NCBI GenBank assembly: GCA_963749915.1
Contig: CAVVOP010000008.1
Location: 416,001 to 480,000, forward strand
Length of the DNA stretch: 64,000 bases
Reading direction: 5' to 3'
DNA from: an uncultured cyanobacterium
GTDB taxonomy: Bacteria > Cyanobacteriota > Cyanobacteriia > Cyanobacteriales > Cyanobacteriaceae
Shown here: in pieces, positions 10,008 to 19,841 of the stretch
Position numbering within the stretch: position 1 is the stretch's first letter
How the letters are laid out: each line of letters begins with the position of its first letter
Notes under the pieces: model-generated
Told to the model about the DNA's origin: nothing
Databases searched by the model: none
What the model saw: only the letters and a program-made list of their open reading frames with translations
Made by a program: the position numbers and the translations under genes

Positions 10008-11609
10008 ATGGTTATTAAGATTCACAATAATAAGCCTATTAATAATAGGTTATCTGTGTTTCTTGTTGGATTATTGAGCTCTGGCTTAACCGTGACATCT
10101 CCAGTTGTCGCAATGGAGACTGATCAGCAGTACGATAATTCAATGTCTCAGATTAACAGCGTCTCTCAACTGCGGGATGTCTCCCCCACAGACTGGGCTT
10201 ACGAAGCACTAAGAAGCTTGGTAGAGCGTTATGGCTGTATAGTTGGTTACCCTGACCTAACCTTCAGAGGAAATCGTGCCTTAAGTCGTTACGAATTTGC
10301 CGCTGGTTTAAACGCTTGTATGCAACAAATGGAGCGCTTGCTTGCCGCTAGTGAAGCAGTGATCCGAGAAGATATTGAAAAACTGCAACGCTTAGCCAAA
10401 GAATTTGAAGCTGAATTAGCCTATCTAGGTACCAGAATTGATAACTTGGAAGGTCGCGTCGCCTTTTTAGAAGATCATCAGTTCTCTACTACAGCTAAAC
10501 TGTCAGGTGACGTCATTATTAATTTGGGCAATGCCTTTGGTGGCGATCGAGCTGTACCTAGTGGTTCCCCACAAACTGACGAGAATATCGATCGACAAAC
10601 TTTTTTAAGTAATCGTGTTCGGCTCAAATTTAACACCAGTTTTACGGGCAAAGACAATTTACATATTCTCCTGCGAGCGAATAATACTCCCGTTTTGGGG
10701 ACATCGAGCACAGGAACGAACATGACCCGATTGGGTTTTGATGGAGGAAGCGACAATGATGTCACCCTTGATGAACTTTGGTATGAAAATCAAATCACCG
10801 AAAAATTTTGGTTCCTCATCGGAACTAGTGATGTGGATCTAGACGACGGAATTTTCTATTCTGGTCCTTCATTTCTAGAACCCAGTGCCACTGGGGCTGT
10901 TTCACGATTTCACCGTCGTAACCCTTTAACGAACAGACAACTAGGTAGTGCGGGAGCGGCTGTTAAATACAAGGTTAGCGATTTGCTTACCCTCAACTCT
11001 TTCTATCTCTCGGGGAATGGTCCGAGTCCCTTAGCGGGAAAAGGCTTATTTAACGGCTCTTTTGATACAGGGCTTCAACTAGATTTTACCCCTACCGATC
11101 GACTTGATATTGCCGTGAGCTATCTCTATAGCTATTACAATAGCGATCAAGTCAACTTAACCAATAGCACTGGTAGTAGCATCGCTAGTCAACCCTTTGG
11201 GGAGGTTGCCACTGCTAGTCACAATCTAGGAGCCACAGTCAACTGGCGTGCGAATGATTTAATCAACCTAACTGCCTGGGGAGCCTGGGGTAATGCTACG
11301 GCTTTAGGAGGCGATCGTCGTAATGATAATGCCACCCTTTGGACTTGGCAAGCAACTCTAGGATTTATCGATGTCGGCAAAGAAGGAGCAGTGGCTATCT
11401 TAGGAGTCGGTAGTCCTCCCTATGCCCCAACGGTAGATGGGGGTCAGGCTGACTTGGATACGCCGGTTTCCATTCTGGCTCAGTACAATTACCCCTTAAA
11501 CGATAACATCCAGCTTTCTCCAGCTGTATACGTGACCGTTAATCCTGAGTCGAATTCAGCCAATGATCCGATTACTGTTGGTGTAATTCGTACTACTTTT
11601 AAATTTTAG
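10008..11609 (+). CDS. Cyanobacterial SLH-OprB outer-membrane porin
   Basis: DVSPTDWAYEALRSLVERYGC (SLH), coiled coil, FSTTAKLSG and terminal RTTFKF; ATG at 10008 follows AGGAGG. Confidence 0.9.
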   Translation: MVIKIHNNKPINNRLSVFLVGLLSSGLTVTSPVVAMETDQQYDNSMSQINSVSQLRDVSPTDWAYEALRSLVERYGCIVGYPDLTFRGNRALSRYEFAAGLNACMQQMERLLAASEAVIREDIEKLQRLAKEFEAELAYLGTRIDNLEGRVAFLEDHQFSTTAKLSGDVIINLGNAFGGDRAVPSGSPQTDENIDRQTFLSNRVRLKFNTSFTGKDNLHILLRANNTPVLGTSSTGTNMTRLGFDGGSDNDVTLDELWYENQITEKFWFLIGTSDVDLDDGIFYSGPSFLEPSATGAVSRFHRRNPLTNRQLGSAGAAVKYKVSDLLTLNSFYLSGNGPSPLAGKGLFNGSFDTGLQLDFTPTDRLDIAVSYLYSYYNSDQVNLTNSTGSSIASQPFGEVATASHNLGATVNWRANDLINLTAWGAWGNATALGGDRRNDNATLWTWQATLGFIDVGKEGAVAILGVGSPPYAPTVDGGQADLDTPVSILAQYNYPLNDNIQLSPAVYVTVNPESNSANDPITVGVIRTTFKF

Positions 11610-11634
11610 CACTGAAAAAATTAGGGCTTTTTCT

Positions 11635-13338
11635 ATGATTGAATGGATTGTTTCAACCTTAAAAGATAACCCAGTACTTGGCGTTTATTTAGCCATCGCC
11701 ATCGGTTACTGGATTGGCAGCTTCAAGCTGGGCAGTTTTAGCCTGGGTTCAGTCACTGGCGTCTTGCTGGCTGGCTTACTTGTCGGGCAATTAGGCTTTT
11801 CCGTCGGGGGAGACGTCAAGACAATTTTCTTCTTGATGTTCCTCTTTGCCGTAGGTTATGGCGTCGGACCTCAATTTGTAAGAGGTTTAGCCTCCGACGG
11901 TGTGCCTCAGGCTATTTTTGCCGTTGTCATTTCCTTGCTCTGCTTGGGATCGGTATTTGGCTGTGCTCTACTAGCTGGTTTTACTGGAGATCAGCTTGGT
12001 TTTGGAGCTGGGTTGCTTTCTGGCTCCCAGACTATTTCTGCGTCCATCGGCTTGGCCACCGATGCCATTAACGGCCTCGGTCTTTCTGCTGATAAGGCCA
12101 AAGCCCTATTGGATCAAATTCCCGTAGCCTATGCTGTTTGCTACATTTGGGGAACCTTGGGTACAGGAATGATTGTCGCTTACCTAGGACCGATTCTTAT
12201 CGGAGCAAATATCCAAGATGCCTGCAAAGATTACGCAGCGAAGATGGGGGCAAAACCCGACGAAGACTTCCAATCTGCCTGGCACAAATTGGAACTCCGT
12301 GCCTACCAAATAGAAGCAACAGGGCAGGTGGCAGGAAAAACCGTTGCCGAGGCAGAAATGCTCCATGCTAGCGGTGAACGCCTGTTTATCGAGCGCATTC
12401 AACGTGACGATCAGTTTATCGATGCCGAACCGACGACTGTCTTAGAAGCAGGTGATATTGTGGCGGTTTCCGGTGCTACCCAAATCCTCGTCGAGGCTAT
12501 CGAACCTCATGCGACGGAAGTTGCAGCAAGGGATTTACTCAACGTTCCTGTAGAGTCTGTTGATATTGTGGTCACCCGCAAACGTTATAACGGCAAAACT
12601 CTGGAAGAACTTGCCCAGATGGACTTTGCCCGTGGAGTTTATCTCAACAATATTGCTCGTGGTTCGGCGGGGGTAAGTATCCCGATTTTCCCCAAAACGG
12701 CGATCCATCGCGGCGATCTCTTGAAAATTGCCGGTACCCGTCGCCATACTGATCGCTTGGTCAAAGAAATGGGCTACGCCGATCGCCCTTCCCAAACTGC
12801 CGATATGGTGTTTGTAGGGTTAGGTATTTTTGTCGGTGCCTTATTCGGTGCCATTACAGTGCCTATTTCGGGAGTACCAATTACCCTTTCCACCTCTGGA
12901 GGAGCATTAATTGCTGGTCTGATTATTGGCTGGTTACGTTCTGTTCACCCTACCTTTGGACGTATTCCTGGACCAACTCTCTGGTTCATGAACAATGTGG
13001 GACTAAATATGTTTATTGCCGTGGTAGGGATTAATTCGGGTAAAGGATTTGTCTCTGGCTTACAGACAGCAGGTGTGAAGATATTTATCATGGGTATTAT
13101 CGCAACTTCCATCCCGATGTTGCTCGCTCCCCTCATCGGTAAGTATATCTTCAAATTTCACCCAGCCATTAATTTAGGCTGTTGCGGTGGAGCCCGCACC
13201 AGTACCGCCTCAGTGGGGATGGTTGCCGAAGCTGCCAACAGCCAAATTCCCATGTTGGGCTATACTGTTCCCTATGCCGTCAGCAATACTCTGCTGACTC
13301 TCTGGGGATTGGCGATCGTCCTCATGTTACCCAAATAA
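11635..13338 (+). CDS. aspT: Aspartate:alanine antiporter (AspT/YidE family)
   Basis: FLFAVGYGVGPQF, SGSQTISA, two TrkA-C domains, GGARTSTA and GYTVPYA; aspD lies in the same locus. Confidence 0.88.
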   Translation: MIEWIVSTLKDNPVLGVYLAIAIGYWIGSFKLGSFSLGSVTGVLLAGLLVGQLGFSVGGDVKTIFFLMFLFAVGYGVGPQFVRGLASDGVPQAIFAVVISLLCLGSVFGCALLAGFTGDQLGFGAGLLSGSQTISASIGLATDAINGLGLSADKAKALLDQIPVAYAVCYIWGTLGTGMIVAYLGPILIGANIQDACKDYAAKMGAKPDEDFQSAWHKLELRAYQIEATGQVAGKTVAEAEMLHASGERLFIERIQRDDQFIDAEPTTVLEAGDIVAVSGATQILVEAIEPHATEVAARDLLNVPVESVDIVVTRKRYNGKTLEELAQMDFARGVYLNNIARGSAGVSIPIFPKTAIHRGDLLKIAGTRRHTDRLVKEMGYADRPSQTADMVFVGLGIFVGALFGAITVPISGVPITLSTSGGALIAGLIIGWLRSVHPTFGRIPGPTLWFMNNVGLNMFIAVVGINSGKGFVSGLQTAGVKIFIMGIIATSIPMLLAPLIGKYIFKFHPAINLGCCGGARTSTASVGMVAEAANSQIPMLGYTVPYAVSNTLLTLWGLAIVLMLPK

Positions 13339-13478
13339 GATCCTCGGAGATTTTATGTTTGAGAAAATCAGCAACTAACTAGTGCATTCTACATTTTTAA
13401 TTCTGCACTCCACTAGTTTTCCTTTGTCTCGTAATTAATTTTTCACTTGTCACTTTACTATCAAGGAGTATTTAACCC

Positions 13479-14879
13479 ATGCCGCTTTCAGATAAAGATT
13501 CTATCCGCGAATACATCGATGATGATGTTTATGCATCTACTGATTTATCGATCTCGATGCCTAAATACAAGTTTCCAGAAAAAGAGCATTCTCCTCGCAA
13601 CGCTTACCAAGTAGTTCACGATGAATTAATGCTCGATGGCAATGCCCGTCAGAACCTGGCGACATTTTGCCAAACATGGGTCGAGCCAGAAGTCCACAAA
13701 CTGATGGACGAATGCGTCGATAAAAATATGATCGACAAAGACGAGTATCCCCAATCCGCAGAACTAGAAGCACGCTGTGTTCATATGCTCGCCGATTTAT
13801 GGAATTCACCGGATGCCGCCAATACCATGGGTTGCTCCACTACAGGCTCCAGTGAAGCGGCGATGCTTGGTGGGATGGCCATGAAATGGCGTTGGCGAGA
13901 AAAAATGCGTGCCGCTGGTAAGCCCACGGACAAACCCAATATGATCTGTGGCCCGGTGCAAATTTGCTGGCATAAGTTCGCCCGCTACTGGGATATCGAA
14001 CTACGGGAAATTCCTATGGATAAGGATCGTCTACTGATGACCCCTGAGGAAGTAATCAAGCGTTGCGATGAAAATACCATTGGAGTGGTACCCACCCTGG
14101 GTGTTACTTTTACCTGTGGTTATGAGCCAGTTAAAGCCGTAAGCGATGCCTTAGATAAATTACAGGAAGAGAAAGGCTGGGATATTCCGATCCATGTGGA
14201 TGGAGCTAGCGGTGGTTTCTTGGCTCCTTTCTGTGTTCCAGAATTGGAATGGGACTTCCGCCTGCCCCGGGTTAAATCCATCAACACCTCTGGTCATAAG
14301 TTTGGTCTAGCACCTCTGGGTGTGGGCTGGGTGGTATGGCGTGATCAAGAAGATCTACCCGAGGATCTGATTTTTAACGTTAACTATCTAGGTGGTGAAA
14401 TGGCAGTCTTTGCCCTCAATTTTTCTCGACCAGGTGGTCAGATTGTCAGCCAATATTATAATTTCCTTCGCCTAGGCAAAGAAGGCTACCGTAAGATCCA
14501 GACTGCCTGTTACGAGACTGCACAGTATCTTGCCGATGAAATCAGCAAAATGGGACCCTTTGAGATTCTTTATGGTGGCGATATGAAGACTGGAATTCCG
14601 GCCTTGAGTTGGAAAATTAAGGATGGTTACGAAACCCACGGTTACACCCTCTACGACTTGGCCGATCGCTTGCGTAGTCGTGGCTGGCAGGTACCTGCTT
14701 ATTCTTTACCCGCCAACTGTCAGGATATCGTGATCCAGCGTATTTTGGTTCGTCACGGGGTCAGCCGAGATCTGGCATCGTTATTAATTGAGGATACAAA
14801 ACGCTGTCTCGATTACTTCAAAGAACATCCCATCACCAATCCACTGACGGCTGAAGAAGGTACTGGCTATCATCACTAA
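13479..14879 (+). CDS. gadB: Glutamate decarboxylase
   Basis: [32 protein letters not shown] and SGHKFGL. Confidence 0.95.
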   Translation: MPLSDKDSIREYIDDDVYASTDLSISMPKYKFPEKEHSPRNAYQVVHDELMLDGNARQNLATFCQTWVEPEVHKLMDECVDKNMIDKDEYPQSAELEARCVHMLADLWNSPDAANTMGCSTTGSSEAAMLGGMAMKWRWREKMRAAGKPTDKPNMICGPVQICWHKFARYWDIELREIPMDKDRLLMTPEEVIKRCDENTIGVVPTLGVTFTCGYEPVKAVSDALDKLQEEKGWDIPIHVDGASGGFLAPFCVPELEWDFRLPRVKSINTSGHKFGLAPLGVGWVVWRDQEDLPEDLIFNVNYLGGEMAVFALNFSRPGGQIVSQYYNFLRLGKEGYRKIQTACYETAQYLADEISKMGPFEILYGGDMKTGIPALSWKIKDGYETHGYTLYDLADRLRSRGWQVPAYSLPANCQDIVIQRILVRHGVSRDLASLLIEDTKRCLDYFKEHPITNPLTAEEGTGYHH

Positions 14880-14893
14880 GTCTGAGTTTTTAC

Positions 14894-14928
14894 CGCTCTC
14901 CCTTAAATTGTGGGGGAGCGATTTATTT
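14894..14928 (+). terminator. Probable intrinsic terminator after gadB
   Basis: CGCTCTCCC...GGGGGAGCG stem followed by ATTTATTT. Confidence 0.6.
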
Positions 14929-14958
14929 AATGATTATTGTTGACCATTTTTAGAATTC

Positions 14959-15470
14959 GTGCGGTTCGTTTATCCAAGCTAACGACTATTCTAGTTGGGT
15001 GAGGATAACTAAATCAACTGATTTAGTAACTGTACTTTTGATGTAGGTGAGAGTCCTATCGTGTAAGAGATACACTGACACTCTATCTGGGCAGGGCGAG
15101 TTAGCTCGGAATCTAACAGACCCGATAGTTAGAGGATGGAAAAACTACCATAGATATTGCAAAATGGATAAATACAGTCTCTTTCTCACAGAGAAAAGAA
15201 CTTGGAATGTATTTAACAAAGAAGCTAATAACAATCGGTACACAGTCAACCAATTGATAAAAAAGGCTTTTCCATCTGTTTCTTACAGCACAAATAAGCA
15301 CATCAATGTCAAAGGGAATAAAAGTCCCTACGATAACGGTCATGCGTAGTTTGGAGGGGGGTTGTTGGAAAAGTGCCAATACTGGACTGGTAACTCGCTG
15401 GCTGCCTACCCTACTTCATGTCCAGATCTAACAGAGAGGTGCGGTAGATAATACTACCCATCGACTCTAC
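14959..15470 (+). mobile_element. Degenerate group II intron with a nested second intron 3' end (twintron remnant)
   Basis: 5' GTGCGGTTCG; domain X fragment PIVRGWKNYHRYC...KGNKSPYD; inner DV/DVI ending CCTACCCTAC (15414); outer DV 3' half and DVI ending CATCGACTCTAC (15470). Confidence 0.75.
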
Positions 15471-15682
15471 CAAAATTCAAATTTCAAAATTTTTGATTTT
15501 AACTTAATTGAGAATTTTTTAATTGAGGATACGAACCGTTCTTTCTAAGGAGAAAAACAGAAAAATAATTTTTCTTGTTTTAAGTGTCAGACAGAAAGAC
15601 TGAAATAGTTTTGAATTTTTAATTAATAATTTTGAATTGTTTTGACCAGTTATTGAAAGATCCCGTCCGAGGAGTTTGAAAC

Positions 15683-16498
15683 ATGTGTGAATTATTGGGA
15701 ATTTCCAGTTCGGTACCTGTTGCCGTCAAGTATTCGTTGCACGAATTTGCCAAACATGGTGGACAAATCCACCAGAACAAATCTGGTTGGGGCATTGCCT
15801 ATCATGAGGGGAAAGAAGCCGTTCTGCTCAAGGAACCCGCCCCTGCCAGTGATAGTCCTTTGGTACGTTTTATCGAGTCCCATCCCCTTAGCACTAATTG
15901 TGCAATTGCCCATGTACGCTATGCTACGGCTGGTTCTCCTAGTTTTGCCAATACCCATCCTTTTACACGAGAATTGGGCGGCCAGCGTCATATGTTTGCC
16001 CATAATGGTAGCTTAAAGGAGATTTGGCAGGAAATGACCTTGTCAGGGGACAGCTTCCAACCCATTGGGGAAACTGATTCGGAATATGTCTTCTGTCTTT
16101 TGCTCGAGCGGTTGCAACCGCTGTGGCAACAGGAGAAAAAACCGCCCTCATTAGAGGATAGGCTGGAGATAATCTCCCAATTTGCCCAAGAAGTACGAGC
16201 GTACGGTCAAGCCAATTTTCTTTATTCCGATGGAGAAATCCTGTTCGTTCATGCCCATCGTCGGCGTTGGGAGGAAAACGGCGGTGTTAGCGAACCTAGA
16301 CCGCCTGGATTGAGTATCAGAAATCTTGATGTTGGGGAACTATCGACGATGGGGTTACAGATTCAAGGTCTGGAAAAAGATACCGTAATTACCCTTGTCG
16401 CCAGCGTCCCTCTGACTGTCGAAGGATGGACACCACTGCCAGAAGGTTCGGTTATCGCTCTGTGTCAAGGAAAAGAAATCGCTCGTGTCGAACCTTAG
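15683..16498 (+). CDS. Class II (Ntn) glutamine amidotransferase, YafJ/EgtC/DUG3-like
   Basis: N-terminal MCELLG (Cys2), GWGIAY, AHVRYAT, NTHPF, FAHNG and GETDSE. Confidence 0.9.
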   Translation: MCELLGISSSVPVAVKYSLHEFAKHGGQIHQNKSGWGIAYHEGKEAVLLKEPAPASDSPLVRFIESHPLSTNCAIAHVRYATAGSPSFANTHPFTRELGGQRHMFAHNGSLKEIWQEMTLSGDSFQPIGETDSEYVFCLLLERLQPLWQQEKKPPSLEDRLEIISQFAQEVRAYGQANFLYSDGEILFVHAHRRRWEENGGVSEPRPPGLSIRNLDVGELSTMGLQIQGLEKDTVITLVASVPLTVEGWTPLPEGSVIALCQGKEIARVEP

Positions 16499-16601
16499 GA
16501 GTAAAAGACTCCTGAACAAAAATCATATAAACCATTAGAAACGAACAACTGCCCAAAAGTGGGCAAAAACCACAATCAAATAAGTAATAGGAGATAGACT
16601 C

Positions 16602-18218
16602 ATGCTCAGAGATCAAGAACGTGCTTATGAAGCCCTCAGTCCCTTTGAAATTAAAAATAAGCTGATCGAGATTGCCCAGGAACAAGTGACTGACCACCAC
16701 GAAAGCCGAAGTACTCACATGATGCTCAATGCAGGGCGTGGTAACCCTAACTGGATTGCGACCACCCCTCGGGAAGCATTTTTCACCTTGGGGCAATTTG
16801 GTATTGCTGAAGCCAAACGAGTTTATGATGCTCCCAATCTCGGTGGTATGCCCCAAAAAGAAGGAATAGCCGATCGCTTTGATGCTTGGGCGGCTAGTCA
16901 TACTGATGCCCCTGGTATTGATTTCCTCAAGGCTTCCATTGACTATGGGGTAAAAACTCTGGGTTTCGATCGCGAAGCATTCATCCACGAACTCACTGAC
17001 AGTGTCATTGGTGATAACTATCCCGTTCCTGATCGCATGTTGATCCATACCGAGCAAGTCGTCCATGCTTACTTAGTACAGGAAATGTGTGGCAAACGCC
17101 CTCCTGAGGGTAAATACGATCTTTTTGCCGTGGAAGGAGGAACAGCAGCGATGTGCTACATTTTCAATACTCTGATGGAAAACAAGCTCATACACAAGGG
17201 AGATACTGTCGCCTTGGGTGCACCGATTTTTACCCCCTACATCGAAATTCCCCATAATCAAGATTACCAATTTAAAACCATCGATCTGATCCCCGATGAG
17301 GAAGATGAGTGGCAGTACCCAGCCTCAGAGTTAGAGAAGCTCAGAGATCCAGCCGTTAAAGCCTTTTTCTTGGTTAACCCTGGTAATCCTGCCTCCTATG
17401 CCATCCGCCCCGAGGCTCTGGAGCGTTTTGCCCAATTCGTGAAAACTGAGCGTCCTGACCTGATTATTATTACCGACGACGTTTACGGCACTTTCGTCAA
17501 TGGGTTTCGCTCCCTGATGGCGGTACTGCCCCAGAACACCATCGGTGTCTATTCCTACTCCAAATATTTCGGTTGCACGGGCTGGCGTTTAGGAGTAGTG
17601 GCTGTGCATGAAGACAATATCTTTGACCAAAAAATTGCCCAACTGCCCGAAAGCGATCGTCAAGCACTAATTAAGCGTTACAGCCGTATTGACCTCGACC
17701 CTGAGAACTTGAAATTTATCGATCGCATGGTTGCCGACAGTCGCCAAGTGGCCCTAAATCATACCGCTGGACTGTCTCTGCCCCAACAGATTCAGATGGT
17801 TTTATTCTCCATGCTATCTTTATTGGATACAGGGGACACCTATCGCCAACAGACCATGGCGATCCTGAAAAAGCGGATTGAAGCTTTATATAAGGGGATG
17901 GGAATTGAGCTTAAGCCCAGTGAGCTTGCTGCCTACTACTACCGTACCCTTGACTTTGAACTGTGGATGTGCAAGCATTATGGGGAGGACTTGGTCAACT
18001 TTGTCAAAACTAATTACGAGCCAGTAGATATCGTTTTTCGCCTAGCCGAACAGTTTTCTACGGTATTACTTAACGGTAGTGGTTTCGATGCGACAGATTG
18101 GTCGGCTCGGGTTTCCCTCGCCAATCTCAGCGACGATGCCTACGAACAAATAGGTAAGGATCTACATGCGATCGCTGCACAATATGTTGAGGAGTGGGAA
18201 GCAGCGAAAAATAAATAA
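16602..18218 (+). CDS. aspD: Aspartate 4-(beta)-decarboxylase
   Basis: LSPFEIKNKL, LNAGRGNPNW, EGGTAAMCY, YSYSKYFGCTGWRLG and ALNHTAGLS. Confidence 0.92.
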   Translation: MLRDQERAYEALSPFEIKNKLIEIAQEQVTDHHESRSTHMMLNAGRGNPNWIATTPREAFFTLGQFGIAEAKRVYDAPNLGGMPQKEGIADRFDAWAASHTDAPGIDFLKASIDYGVKTLGFDREAFIHELTDSVIGDNYPVPDRMLIHTEQVVHAYLVQEMCGKRPPEGKYDLFAVEGGTAAMCYIFNTLMENKLIHKGDTVALGAPIFTPYIEIPHNQDYQFKTIDLIPDEEDEWQYPASELEKLRDPAVKAFFLVNPGNPASYAIRPEALERFAQFVKTERPDLIIITDDVYGTFVNGFRSLMAVLPQNTIGVYSYSKYFGCTGWRLGVVAVHEDNIFDQKIAQLPESDRQALIKRYSRIDLDPENLKFIDRMVADSRQVALNHTAGLSLPQQIQMVLFSMLSLLDTGDTYRQQTMAILKKRIEALYKGMGIELKPSELAAYYYRTLDFELWMCKHYGEDLVNFVKTNYEPVDIVFRLAEQFSTVLLNGSGFDATDWSARVSLANLSDDAYEQIGKDLHAIAAQYVEEWEAAKNK

Positions 18219-18431
18219 AGGTTTACCTCTTCTGGCAGCATAGCTCCCTGCCTTCCAGAAACCATGTGCTTACGTCGGGAGCAGGAGATGCCCTTGTCAG
18301 TAAATCATTATAGTTCCTAAAATTCCCGCTCTGGATGATACGGGAGCCGATGAACAATTGTAGGTTCCTACAATCGTTTTCTAAGCTGATAAATACAACA
18401 TTTTCTCTTTAAAAATTTGGAAATATTCTCT

Positions 18432-19373
18432 ATGTACAATTTACTAAAATGTTTCTTCCGCCGATCGCCATTGAAAAAACTCTCTCTTGCCAGTTTGAGT
18501 ACCCTAATGTTATTGACAATCTCTGAAGCAGCCCAAGCCAATACAGTACTGGAGAATGTTGCCCGCACGGGAAAACTGGTCATTGGTACATCTAGTGATC
18601 TCGTCCCTTACGCTTATTACAACGAAAAGGATGAATTTGTCGGTTACTCGATTGATATTGTTAATCTGATTAAAGCTGAGTTAGAACAAGAACTAAATCG
18701 TGAAGTAGAGCTTGTTTTTGTTGAAACCAATAGTATTGCTGAAGCGATTCCCAAAATGGAGAGTAATGAGATTGATATGGCTTGTAATGCTTCTTTCACC
18801 TGGGCTCGAGACCAGTTTGTTGACTTTACGGCTCGTTATAGTGTAGTCAATATCCGTTTGCTTGTGCCTAAAGACAGTACGATCGCTTCAGGTCAATCCC
18901 TAGCTGGCAAACGAATTGCTGTTCCTCCGGTTGATTTCGCACGTGCTTTACTAGAACTATCAGAACCTGAGGCTATTTTGGTCGATGTTGATTCCTTGAT
19001 GGCGGGGATTGATGCCCTCAAGAGTGGGACAGTAGACGGTTTGATTGGTGATACCATAATCTTGGATGGACTACGCCAACAAATAGATCCTGATCAGTTT
19101 ACTGTTATACCACCTCTTAACCAGCCTGCTTATCGTCGGTATGGATTAGCCTGCATGGTGCCACACAACAACTCCGGATTCCTGTTTATAGCGAACAAGG
19201 CGATTATTCGACTTATGGATGGTTACCTCACCGATAAACCAGAGGCACTTGCTACCGTCAATCGTTGGTTTGGTCCAGATGGTGTGGTACAGGGAATCAC
19301 CACTCAAGATATTGAAAACTACTTTAAAAATAATCTTCTGAACTACGAACAGATTCCCCCCAATGCTCCGTAG
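18432..19373 (+). CDS. grrP: GrrP-type extracellular substrate-binding-like protein
   Basis: Signal peptide; PBP2-like GYSIDIVNLIK and SFTWARDQFVDF; C-terminal NYEQIP; directly upstream of grrA-grrM. Confidence 0.8.
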   Translation: MYNLLKCFFRRSPLKKLSLASLSTLMLLTISEAAQANTVLENVARTGKLVIGTSSDLVPYAYYNEKDEFVGYSIDIVNLIKAELEQELNREVELVFVETNSIAEAIPKMESNEIDMACNASFTWARDQFVDFTARYSVVNIRLLVPKDSTIASGQSLAGKRIAVPPVDFARALLELSEPEAILVDVDSLMAGIDALKSGTVDGLIGDTIILDGLRQQIDPDQFTVIPPLNQPAYRRYGLACMVPHNNSGFLFIANKAIIRLMDGYLTDKPEALATVNRWFGPDGVVQGITTQDIENYFKNNLLNYEQIPPNAP

Positions 19374-19466
19374 CTTTTGGAAATCAATCATTATGAGTCA
19401 TGGAGCTATCTATATATCTTTACCTATTGTCAAAATCACAAACATCTCTGAAGACCTATAAAAGTT

Positions 19467-19799
19467 ATGAACCATAATCAAAAAACCTGGATTAGCTTTA
19501 TTGCTATGTTATCGACCTTAACTGTCCCCCAAGTAGCCACTGCTGCTACTCCAGAGAAAAACCCCACTACAGTTTCTAACCTGGAGCAGCGTTTAAGTCG
19601 CATTCAAACCACCTTGAGAACCCGTGAAGATGAGTTATCAGAGGATATGAGCACCTTGGGAGAACTGGAGGCCGAAGAAATTGCCAGAGGATGGTTAAAG
19701 GGGAGACGCAGAAGTTTCCTTAATGGTCGTCGCGGTCGTGGCTTTCTCAATAACCGTCGTCGTTGGCGAGATCGTCGTCGTGGCTTCCTGAATTGGTAA
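19467..19799 (+). CDS. grrA: GrrA/OscA-type cyclophane RiPP precursor
   Basis: Signal-like N-terminus, LEQRLSRI leader motif, repeated aromatic-x-N/D motifs and terminal GFLNW. Confidence 0.88.
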   Translation: MNHNQKTWISFIAMLSTLTVPQVATAATPEKNPTTVSNLEQRLSRIQTTLRTREDELSEDMSTLGELEAEEIARGWLKGRRRSFLNGRRGRGFLNNRRRWRDRRRGFLNW

Positions 19800-19841
19800 T
19801 ACTATACCGGCAAAAATATCTGAAAGAAGTAAACTAGTACC

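Noticed and set aside
14894..14965. Class C intron targeting the gadB terminator
   Set aside because: The insertion is about 38 bp past the stem, further than the few bases typical of class C
15047..15349. Functional reverse transcriptase, retron or DGR
   Set aside because: Only a domain X fragment remains, with no YADD or RT core
16452..17066. Antisense or alternate-frame ORFs here and at 152-568, 40452-40835, 47349-47738, 53431-54060 and 53712-54098
   Set aside because: Shadows of well-supported genes, with no motifs of their own
18225..18370. Riboswitch or ncRNA between aspD and grrP
   Set aside because: Some stems are possible but no recognisable family consensus; needs an Rfam scan
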